A DNA stretch of 63,873 nt, the filler included, from Lenisia limosa (Eukaryota > Protista > Breviatea), in the NCBI GenBank assembly GCA_001655205.1. It is 9 parts of 9 records of this genome, joined end to end, with 100 filler letters (N's around TTAATTAATTAA, not from the genome) between each part and the next. Parts side by side here need not be neighbours in the genome. Positions count along the whole stretch, not along the records: positions 32,123 to 45,144 come from LPNZ01003229.1; 8 more parts are not named here. One strand, written 5' to 3'. A model generated the notes under the pieces. It had not been told where the DNA came from and did not search any database. It saw nothing but the letters and a program-made list of their open reading frames with translations. How positions within the stretch are numbered: position 1 is the stretch's first letter; the number at the start of each line of letters is the position of its first letter. Both the position numbers and the translations under genes were made by a program. Positions 33,963 through 45,244 of the stretch are shown piece by piece.

Positions 33963-36900
33963 ATGCCCGCTGAAAATGTCAAGGTACGTCACCGTCTTCA
34001 CTGAGCTCCTTTCTTTTTCAAATGAAATTTCCGTGATCTAAATTTAACCATTATATATGAATAATGCTTCTTTTTTTTCTTTTCTGCTAGACAGCACATT
34101 AATTGGTCTTTTCCTCCTTGTCTGATTTGAGATCCCAAAACACTAGTTCAACTTTCCGCAGGTGTACGTTAGGTGTCGGCCAATGTCATCCACAGAAAAG
34201 AAGGCAAAATATGCAAAGTTGGAGGAAACTTGTTTCAAGAGTTTCTAAGATTGCTTTTTATCCAAAGCTGAAGCCTTTGCATCTTACTCCCTAGGATTGT
34301 GAAGATCAACATGCAATCCGGGCAAATATCTTTGATGAATCCCGAAGATGAATCCAAGCCACCTAAGAACTTCACCTTTGATTGTGTATTTGATGATAAG
34401 TTGGTGATAAAGCTTTTATGCGGAGAAAACAATAGAGTCAATCAAAGCTGGGCTCTAACACTTCAGTGTCACTCAACTTGATGTATACGACGCTTTAGCT
34501 CGCCCCATTGTTCGTGACACTCTTGGTGGTTACAATGGTGAATGGGCATGATTGGATTATTATTGGGCAATATATTGGTTGCAGAATAACTGTTTAGGTA
34601 CTATATTTGCCTACGGGCAAACAGGAACTGGTAAAACGTTTACTATGGAGGTTTGTTTTATTCTGTTTTTGTTGAGGGCGCAGTTTAAATCTCATTGTAT
34701 TTGCAGGGTGTCCATTCAAACCCAGTACTTCACGGTATTATTCCCAACGCATTCAATCATGTCTTTGCAGATGTTGAGAACAACTCCTCTGACAGGGTGA
34801 GAGAGTCTGCGTGTTGGTGCGTCATGAAGCGCCTTCTATACTCATAATCATATAGAACGTTTTTTTTTTATTATTTGATATCATATGCTCTTGTTACTCT
34901 CTTATCGTCAAGCAATACCTGGTCCGGGCGTCTTATCTGGAAATCTACAATGAAGAAGTGAGAGATCTTTTGTCAAAAACCTACACCAAAAAATTGCAGC
35001 TTCGCGAACACCCTGAAAGAGGTATGGTCCGTTATTGCAAACCAATTCAAGGGCACGGTGTTATTATCCTTGCAGTTTTAGGGCATTAAATCACTCTCAT
35101 CATCCAGGTATATTTGTACAGGATCTATCTTCTCATGTTGTGAAAAGCGTTGAGGAAATCGACAGATTGATGCAACAAGGAAAGAGCAATCGTGTTGTTG
35201 GAACCACCAAAATGAATCTTGAGTCATCCAGGTCCCATTCAATCTTTACCATCACCATCGAAACATCTGAGGTGAGAAACAATTCTACAGCCCCCCCCCC
35301 CCACTCCAGTCTGTAGTGGAATTGATACCTAATCTTACGAAATCATACTGACATGAATTATTTCCCCTTGTGTCACCTTGGTGGCTTCTACCAATAATGG
35401 TATTTATGTTTAAATCCACAAACCACACTTTTACTCATTGCTCCGTAGACAGGAACGGACGGCGAGGTTCATATTAAAATGGGCAAGTTGAACCTGGTAG
35501 ATTTAGCAGGGTCGGAGCGGCAAGGAAAGACTGGAGCTGAGGTGAGGGGCACCAGCGTTTCACAGATAGAATATTATGTTATCATATAGTTTGACCATAA
35601 AGTAGTATGTGTTTAATATATAAGGTAGAATATACGAATAATATGATCTGATAATTTTTTATTTGTGTGGCATTTCAAGAGGGGTATCTTTACCTCGGCC
35701 AGGGTCTCCGAGCCAAAGAGGGCATCAACATCAATCTGTCTCTTACCGCCCTGGGAAACGTTATTAGCGCGCTAGTTGATGGAAAGACTACTCATGTCCC
35801 TTACCGTGACTCTAAACTCACTCGCTTGCTTCAAGGTGGGAATCCTTCAGTAGTTATTTCTCCCATTTTGAGCTTTTCATCTTGGTATGTGTATCTTTTT
35901 GAATTCGACCAGTCACCCAGTTTAACCCTAACCAGACTCTCTCGGAGGAAACTCCAAAACTGCCATGGTTGCCAACATTGGTCCTGCAGACTATAACTTT
36001 GATGAAACTATTTCAACTCTTAGGTAGGGTGACCTTTTGTTATTTCTGTGGTTGTCTTTTTTTTTATTAAAACTTTGTTATAATAATATATCATATAGTA
36101 TCATATTGCAAATTGAAAAGAGACACATATTGTAACCCAACGTTTACCCTCTCAGGTACGCAAACAGAGCCAAGAACATCCAAAATAAAGCCAAGATTAA
36201 CGAAGATCCTAAAGACGCTCTCCTTCGTGAATATCAAGTGGGCCAAGTAATTCAAATAATAAGTTTCACCATGACTGTCTTTGTTAACTTAGAAAGAAAT
36301 AAATAAGAAAAAGTACACTAAAAGAAACCAAATCTAAAGGGACTTGAAAAAAAGGGGGGGTTCAATCTCCTTATACCTTTTAGGAAGAAATTGAAATCCT
36401 GAAGAAGCAGCTGGAAATGGCTGAGGCCGGCATTGACTGGACGCCTGAGGACGGAAGTGATGACGACGATGATGATGAGTCTGAAGAAGAAGGCTCTGAA
36501 GGTTGGAATGGGTATTTTGATTGTTACCACAGTATCTGGAACACGTTTTCTACTTTGTTAACATAACGTCACAATTACTCTCTATGTGGTTTGCTTATGA
36601 GAAGATTCGGGAAAATTTCCTTTACTCGCTTTCATTATATCAGATGATATGTTGTTTCCTGTGTGCTCATTGTATCCTCCCCAGAATCCGAAGAGGATGG
36701 TGAAGACACTTTGGTCATGGACAAGAAGGGAAGAATGGTCCGAAAAAGCGTGATAAAAAAACGCAAGGAGAAGAGGAAGAGGAAGAAGGTTGGTTTTCAA
36801 ATTCAATCACCCCTCCCCCCTCAACACAATTGCATTGAATGGTTGAGGTATTCCTATTTATCTCACATTTCCCACCCCCAGGAAACTGGATTAAGCAATT

Positions 36901-39900
36901 CAATGCGTTTTGAGATGAGTGCGGAAGCAGAGGCTCAGCATGAAAAAATGAAAGAGGAGGTAGTGTCTTGTTTTTATTGCATCACACTCGAATGGTATTT
37001 CTTCAATCATTCACCATCGTTAGATGGAGCGGCAGGAGAAGGAAAGGGATCTTGCTGAACACCAGTTATCACAAAAGGAGTCTGATGTTCTCAAAAGGAA
37101 ACAAGCAGCTGAGCGTATTGGGGGCGGAGGGGTCGAGAATACTGCCATGTTTGTTTATCAATCTTGTACTATTAGTAGTGTAACTAGTTTAGGTTTAAAA
37201 AGTGAACTGGCAGTTCTTCAAGGAAATCTCATCCAAGGTGGAGAGAGCATCATTGATAGGGTGAGGAGTAGGGCTTTACTTCGGTTCGAAAAATACCGAT
37301 AAAATATCGATAGTTTTTCGAAAAATTATCGAGAAATCCAGTCATTTTTCGAACCGAAGTGAAGCCCGAGTGAGGAGGCGCAATGGATGCAAACATTAAG
37401 TTAACTGCTGCATCTTTTATCTGTTTAATCTCCGACCAGAAAAACGTCGAATTTTCCACATCTCTCCCATTCCGCATCACCTATTATGATATTTATATAC
37501 TAGTGAATTTGTATTAATATATAGTTATTCTCTTTTATATAATAATACGAAATGCATATTTGATCCTTTAGGCCCAGCGACAAGAAGAGGAGATTCGCGA
37601 GAAGGAAGCGTTGTTGGCTGAAAAACTTGTTTGTGGAGAAACTGCCTTATCAGTATCTGTCAATTCATTCACGCCACCAGAGGGCGGAAAAGGCCATGGA
37701 GATGGAGCTTGTTGAGCAGCGTGACATTCAGTTCGATTTGGAGTCGCAATTCACGTCCATACAGGTAAGGAAGAATGTATTGTGTTCCCACTTGCTGTAA
37801 CGGGATAGTGCTTGTTGGGGGATATGCTGTCTGTGAGTTCACTCTTTTAGGAAGAAGCAGAAGTCAAGACCCGGAAATTGAGGAAGGTAGGTTCGAGGCC
37901 TTTCTCTCCATTTTCCTTTCTGTGTGGGGATAAAACTGGTTCTCAGGGGTAGGCCGCCAACAACGCTGTCTCCAGCGTTAATTATACATATCATATACAT
38001 TGAGTATGATATCTTGTAATGTATTCTTAATAAAATTTACCCCCTTCCCCACCGTTCCACTACCTTGATATTTAACCTCTCCTTTTCCCCCAAAAAGAGA
38101 TTCTTTTTGCTACCTCTCCTAACCTCCACCCTTTCAGCTTGTGGAGAAGCTTGATGCGGCAGGCTACGAAATTGAGGACTTGGTCTCTGAGTTTCAACGC
38201 GTGAGGAATGGAGTCTTAATAAATGAATCAAATTTCAATATTTTAAGTGTAAACTGCTTGCTTTTGGTTGGAGGTCTTGTTTTATTCATGAAGGAACGTG
38301 AAGACATGCATGATCAAATCCGAGACTTAGAAATGGATGTGGCTCTCAAAAAGGTATCAGGCGTCTGCGCGACACTGACTTAACAGGGGGTTGTTTACAT
38401 ATGGTATTGTGATCATTTGACTCTGCAGATGATCATTGAAGCATTCATTCCCCCACGTGACGTGGCGCTGGTGCAGGAACGCCTCATTTGGGAGGAAGAT
38501 TCTCAGGTACTTTGAAATTGTCATTTCTACTAATTTCTGTTTTTGTGACATGCTAGTAGATTCTTGCTATGGGTGCTTGACTTATGTCTTTAGAATTGGC
38601 AATATGCACCCCCACAGGATGTCAAAAAAGTTCAAATGTAAGGTCAAATATCTTCAACTCTTCATACTATAATATGTATTTCACACTAGTTTCTTGAACA
38701 TAAGTGAAGATATTGATGTGATAATTTCAGAACGTGGCTCGGATTTTTGTTCATTTTTTCTCATAATGGCGGATATTGAACTTGATTTACGCCAAAGCTT
38801 GGGGTCTTTCATTGAAGTAATGGGTAGATATGACAAAAAAGTTTTTCGTTTCAAAGAAGGCGTCTTAGAACAATTTTCTTAGAGCATCCGATGCAAATTC
38901 TGAATTGCCACCCTGCTTTAAGCATTTATCTCAACAGAGACCGGCCTGCCTCGGCACTCGGTTTGGTGTATCCTACTTCGTATGCCTCTTTAGAGGAGAT
39001 TGCACTCGGAAACCAGAACCCGCGTTTCATGGTTGGGCTACAATGCACAAGCGTCATATTGAAGATATCAAATTCTGCCTTCTGGTTTTCTTCGTTTTTT
39101 ACTTTGGTTCAGATCAACAACGTTCAACAGATGGAAGTTGAGCTGCCTGCTCCAACCACAAAGGATTACCATGGCCCTCATGTTTCCCAAAGGTTCCAAG
39201 TATGAAACCTTAATCATTCACTGACAGTTTTTTTTTGAATTGCATTTTTTAAAAACCCTTTCATCTATGTAGAGTGCCCTAGAGGATGCCTTAAGAGAAG
39301 AACCGGATAGTATGGTGGAAGTTAGGTGAGCTGGGTATAAAGAATAACAAAGGGGTTTCTTGAAGGCATGGATATTCAACATGTTTTATCCGTAAGTACA
39401 ATAATTGTAAATAATCCTCATATTGTAGTTCTGTGGAACAGACAACTGCTCCTTCAGTTGAAGGTCTCAGAAGAGCTCAAGATGGTATGGCGCCACCTTA
39501 TGCTTAACTTTGTTGTCGTATTAGATGTAGTATATACTAGTAGTAGAGCTTCCCTTTCGGTTTCAAAAAAGACTGAATTCTCGATAAATCCTCGTTAAAT
39601 ATCGATATTTCTTCAGTCTTTTGGAACCGAAAGTGAAGCTCTAACTAGTTGTACCTATGATGAGTTCTGAAATCCTTTCTTTACACACATAGCGCTCTTT
39701 GACGCACCAAAACGGCACTCCAGACCCTCAACTGCAGGACGGTAGGGGGGGGGGTATTTATGAAACAAAAAAAAAACCCAAATCATCTCTGTTGGCTGAC
39801 AACACACAAGGGTTGATAACAGCAAAACAAACAAAGCCCAAGCCAAAAGAGATGGGGTAAAGTATATATTTTGTCAAGTGATATCATATCCTTTTCATGG

Positions 39901-40232
39901 GTGCCTTTTGGCTAGCCTTCTTTTTGTAAGTTTAAAAACGCATTTATGACCACGTCACCACGGTCACCTTGTTAGTGTTTTGAATTTTGTAGTTAGTTGC
40001 GCGGTTAATCAATTATTAGAAGATTCATAAACAACGAATTAGTGTTTCCGTCACCTACTTGGCTTTTTCATAGATACACAATTATAGTATTTGTCGTCAA
40101 ATTCCTTCTTTCATCTCCCACAGAAGGAGACCTCCAAGTGCCGGCGGCAGAGCACCAGAGGCCGAGCCGGCTAAACCGGTACAGAACTTCCCGAGTTCCC
40201 GAGGCCTTGTGTCTCGGACTGGAAGGAAGTAA
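33963..40232 (+). CDS. Kinesin-2 motor subunit (KIF3/FLA8-FLA10 class, intraflagellar transport), spliced
   Basis: Motor domain: [72 protein letters not shown]|[36 protein letters not shown]3-type stalk and tail: [40 protein letters not shown]. Confidence 0.93.
37269..37369. mobile_element. hAT-type MITE at the 5' end of a kinesin-2 intron
   Basis: Perfect 8-bp TSD GTGAGGAG at 37261-37268 and 37370-37377. Confidence 0.92.
39544..39643. mobile_element. hAT-type MITE
   Basis: TIRs tagagctt / aagctcta; flanks ACTAGTAG / ACTAGTTG (7/8). Confidence 0.9.
39755..39845 (+). repeat. Repeat family B copy
   Basis: TTTATGAAACAAAAAAAAAACCCAAATCATCTCTGTTGGCTGACAACACACAAGGGTTGATAACAGC; cf. 51560 and 58140. 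Confidence 0.8.
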
Positions 40233-40765
40233 AACTAAATTTGGGGCTATTTTGTGTTTCTGATTTGATCTTCTCTTTTTGTTTTTGTTTTTTATTGATA
40301 TTTTTGTGTATTCAAATTCCAGAGTTTGCTGTTGTGGTGTGTCAGCTGTTCCACTCTGGGCAATTTCTGGGGGGGGGGGGATTNNNNNNNNNNNNNNNNN
40401 NNNNNNNNNNNNNNNNNNNNNNNNNNNNNNNNNNNNNNNNNNNNNNNNNNNNNNNNNNNNNNNNNNNNNNNNNNNNNNNNNTCAACAACTCAGCAACCCA
40501 GCCTGGAATACCTAAATTTGACTTAAATTTCAAGTCCCTCAAGCCGCATTTCGAAATTAGAATGATTTTAAATTGACTGAATCCCTGGAGTGCCACCACA
40601 AATCACAATCACCACAATCCTTCTCTTATATTGAGTGACACAAAGGAACTTAAATCTGTTTATAATTTCTAGAGTTAGCTTTCTGGTCAAGCAGTTGTTT
40701 TTTTTTGTAGAACGCCTTTTTCCATGTAATAACACTATCAATAAGAGTTACATCATGTTGTTTTA

Positions 40766-43700
40766 ATGGTAAGGTTATATTTGCATTTTTTTTGAGACGC
40801 GTCCTTTTGTTGACGTCAACTAGGGCTGCGGTAGCAGCAAGACGACATCACCACAAGCAACAGAACCAGTTGAAACAGTTCGTGAGCCGACCAACCCGCC
40901 TGGAGAAACAGGCAGTCCTCGCCCCTCGGGGCAGGGTTCGCCAAGCACGCCTCCTTCTATCCACAGTCCTTCTGAAGAGAAGATCAAGACTCCAAGTCAT
41001 AACGATATGCAAGCCCAGACTTCACAATCTGCTATGTCCCAAAGACATTCCTCGTCAAACGCTTCCCTCCCCTCAAGAAGATCACGAAACCCTAGCCAGA
41101 CCTCCCTCGATGCCCAAGCCAATTTGGGCGCTCCTAGTCCCGAGTTTGCCCTTCATCAGATGCCCTCATTTGCGTTCCCAGACTACCAAGATGGTGGGGA
41201 TACATTTCATGCTTTGTCTATTCCGTGAGCGTTTTTCTTCTCTTTTTTTTGCATTTTTTTCCATTCTTTTTGCTCACAGCTAATACATTTTGTTTAATGG
41301 AGCTTTAAGAGCCATCACTGCGTCTCATAATATTTCAGGTGCAAACGGAGACGTCTTCGAATGGTTCCACCATGAGACTGAAGTGGGGGTTGGGGTTTTG
41401 CTTTTTCTTCTTCTTTTGACTGAAGGGACTTTCACTTCCTAATAGCAGCCCAAGAAGCCTTTTTATTTGTTTTTATCATCATTGGCTTATTCGGCTTTAA
41501 CTTACGCGTTTGCCTATATGTACTTGATAAGATTTATTATTGATGTCTGCGGCTTCCAAAAGGCAACCTGGAGGAAAATTTCACCCTTCATATTATGGAA
41601 TATCATAGACAATGGATCTTCATGCTCCATTAAACATATTGTGTAATTTCACCCTGCAGCTCAAAGACTACAAGACTTACGTGGCCTCGAACGGCTTCCG
41701 ATACATTGTCGACGAGGACAAGCTGGAATGGGTAGCCTTCCCTGAAGATTGGCTTGTATGGGGGGAGGGGGAGCGATACACTCTCGTGTGTGGGTGTAGT
41801 ATGTATCTGCAGAGCTTCACTTCGGTTCGAAAAAGACTGCATTTCTCGATACTCCTCGGAAGCTATCGATATTCCACTGGTGTTTTTTTTTTTGATCCGA
41901 AGTGAAGCCCTAGGCCTTTCAATTAAAACAAGTCCATATCAGATTATTTTTTGGTTATAATCTTTGCAGCTTGAAGGCGTATTCCGCCCGGCGCCGGAGC
42001 TAATGATGGCAGAAGACAACAACTACGTTTTCGAGACCTTTGTCCTAACCGACGGCACTCTTTTGACGACACATCTCACGGATGAAGGAGTCCGCTATTA
42101 CTGCGATTGGGACACGTGGGCAAGTTGCGATTGCTTTCATCTGGTTATTCTTGGTTTCTTGACCTTTTTTATATATTTATTTTCTTTTTGTTACAAGTAC
42201 AGGCAAAACTGGACACCCATGCCTGAAGATTGGGAGGGACACGTGCTTGATGAAGAAAACGATGATGCTGTAAGAGGACCTCTTTCTGTTGTTATTGGGT
42301 ATTTTCTTTCTCTGGGAGAGTCTTCTTGAACTTGCAAGTTTTGTTCTTGGAATATGAAACATCCCTGACCTTCAGGTATCTCTTGGAGACAACCCTCGAA
42401 TCGGCTCTTTTGTTGATCCGAATAATGACAAAACCTATGTTGTATGAGGGGTGTAGGTTTTCAGGTGGGTTTTCTCTGTTGTTATAATAAACCCTTGTGT
42501 CAGCCAGCAGAGTTGATTTGAGTGTTTTTTTTGTTTCATAAATTTTCCTATTTTACCCCCCCCCCCCCNNNNNNNNNNNNNNNNNNNNNNNNNNNNNNNN
42601 NNNNNNNNNNNNNNNNNNNNNNNNNNNNNNNNNNNNNNNNNNACGTATGTGGCTGAAGAAGTGGTTGAAGTCAAATACTTCTGTGATGAGGACGAAGGAG
42701 AATGGCTCCCATTCCCCAAGTAAGTAGGGGCTATCCACAAGAGAGGGGCCTTTTTAGGCATTCGTGAGTCTGATACACCAGGGAATGGATGACGGAGGAA
42801 GAGTTGATCCAAAGAAAGGGTGCAGCAGCCATTCTTGGAGATGAAGTTGCTGATCGAGCAGAAATGGTGAGTTTGGAAGAAGACGATTGATTTGGTTCTG
42901 CTGGGGTGCTATATGATGAAGTATACTAGCCCAATTCACTCCAACAGGTCCAAAGCCTTCGAGATAAGGTACACACACTCGAGAAAGTAGTCTCAACGTT
43001 CAACGAATATAATGTGGTAAGTAAGTAAGTCACTGCCATAAAGGGAGGGACTGTGCCATACCCAGCATAATACAAGCAAACTATTCTCAATGCTAGGGCT
43101 TCCAAACGGTCCCAAAAGACCTCAATTCTCATGTGTCCATTTTAACCCTCCCCCCAGGACCAGATGAAACATGATTTGGAGGCGCTGCGTGAGCGCGAAA
43201 AGAAGCTGTATGGTGAAAACGCGAGCCTTGAACGACAACTCATTGATGTGGGGGGAGGGTGGATAAATCCTCGAAAACTATCGATATTTTACCGGTATTT
43301 TTCGAACCGAAGTGAAGCCCAAGGGATACTATCATTTATTCTCCTTCCTTTTTGTTTCAAAGCACCATTTGACATGACAGACCCGGGCTGACTTGGAAAC
43401 CACGCGGCAAAGAGCCGAGGATATGGCAATGGAACTCGAAATTGGTGGGAATCTGGCAGTAAAGTCGTATTTCTAGCAGTAAAGTCGGATTTCTAACGTT
43501 CCAGCTGAGGAAACGGCTGCTAATGAGCGACAAATGGAAACTCGAATTAAACAGCTTGAAGAGGAAAACTCTAGACTTCGCGAATCAGGTGGTGATAAGT
43601 TCAAGGAGGTATGCTTGCGGTTTGCCGCCTAACGTGGTGTTGCACTTGGACCAGGCTGATCTCCCTAGGTCAGTAAGGCGAAAGACAAGCAGCTGGCTCA

Positions 43701-45036
43701 GGCTAAGGCGAAACTGGTATGTATATTTATTCTTAAGAAAATAGTCTCTATGGTGATACACTAAGAGAAATTCAAATAACAACTAATTCCTTCTGAAAAA
43801 TGCACTTTACCTCTTGCCTTAGGTTGCACTCCACATGAGACTAAAGAAGTCCTCAACCGAATCTGATAATCTCTCGGCCACTTTCAAGTCTCGTCTTCAG
43901 ACCCTCTCTGAGCAAGTCAGCCAAATGAGCCCGATATTACCTTTTGCCGTGTTTCATACATGTAACTACTCCAGTAATAAAAATCCATCCCTTACGATTA
44001 ACAACTTAAATAAACCATCTTGGGGGGGGGGGGGNNNNNNNNNNNNNNNNNNNNNNNNNNNNNNNNNNNNNNNNNNNNNNNNNNNNNNNNNNNNNNNNNN
44101 NNNNNNNNNNNNNNNNNNNNNNNNNNNNNNNNNNNNNNNNNNNNNNNNNNNNNNNNNNNNNNNNNNNNNNNNNNNNNNNNNNNNNNNTTAATGGTATCCC
44201 TATGTATTTATTTGTTTCCCAGATTTTTAATGTATATTATGTCTCTTGTTCCAAAAAAAAGTTTACAGTTTAGTTTCTGGAGTGGCACAGCTCCAAAAGG
44301 CAGTGGCTAAAATGGCCTCAACCTACAACCATGAGCTGGATGAGTACAAGGCAAGATATCGCAAGGAAAGGTGGGAAACGAAGAAGGGAAATCTCTTGTC
44401 CTCCTCATACTTCGTATGTCTTCTACTTCTCTTCTTCTATGATTTAGGGCTTCCCTACAAAAATCATTATTTATCGAAAATTTATCGAGATATTTGGTCT
44501 TTTGTGGGACCGTCAGGAAGCCCTCATGATCATTGTTTCTCAGCTTCTGATATTTCAGTCTTCAGCGCAAGGATCTATTCAACAAAATCCAGGAGCTTCG
44601 AGGAAATATCCGTATGCTTGGTTTTCCTGATGTTGAAAATGGTACTGGCGATCTTACCCCCCCCCCCCCCNNNNNNNNNNNNNNNNNNNNNNNNNNNNNN
44701 NNNNNNNNNNNNNNNNNNNNNNNNNNNNNNNNNNNNNNNNNNNNNNNNNNNNNACCCAAACATGCAACTTGCAGTCTCCACACGTGATGAAGACCAAGAA
44801 GTTGTCATTAAGTATGCTAGTAAAGTCCTTTTTCGGGACTTAGAAAGATGATAATCTATCTGGAACTGATATGCGATACGATTCATGATATACGACTTTT
44901 AACGGAGGAAATAACTTCTATTGCTCTTTTTTTTTTGTGTTCAGTCCAGTTTATTGTTTTGATCACTCCAATCAGGCATGGTAAAACAACGAAGACTATT
45001 GAGTTTGATGGTGTTTTCGGTACTGCTGCTGGCCAG
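40766..45036 (+). CDS. Kinesin-14 (C-terminal motor) with N-terminal MGCGSSK motif, aromatic repeats and coiled coil; 3' truncated at the spacer
   Basis: ATG|gtaagg..tag|GGC TGC GGT AGC AGC AAG, then a long coiled coil, the kinesin-14 neck ARYRKESLQRKDLFNKIQELRGNIR, and the motor start KTIEFDGVFG. The link between N-terminus and motor rests on phase-consistent exon stitching across two N gaps. Confidence 0.8.
41810..41912. mobile_element. hAT-type MITE, subfamily A
   Basis: cagagcttcacttcggttcg...ccgaagtgaagcccta. Confidence 0.82.
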
Positions 45037-45144
45037 GTGAGGGGGGGGGGTATCTTATGATCGAAGTATTCTTTGAGTTTCACTTCGGTTAAAAAAAACC
45101 GGTAAAATATCGATAGTTTTCGAGAATTTATCGAGAAATTCGAC

Positions 45145-45244
45145 NNNNNNNNNNNNNNNNNNNNNNNNNNNNNNNNNNNNNNNNNNNNTTAATTAATTAA
45201 NNNNNNNNNNNNNNNNNNNNNNNNNNNNNNNNNNNNNNNNNNNN
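45145..45244. other. Artificial contig-join spacer
   Basis: 44N-TTAATTAATTAA-44N. Confidence 0.95.
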
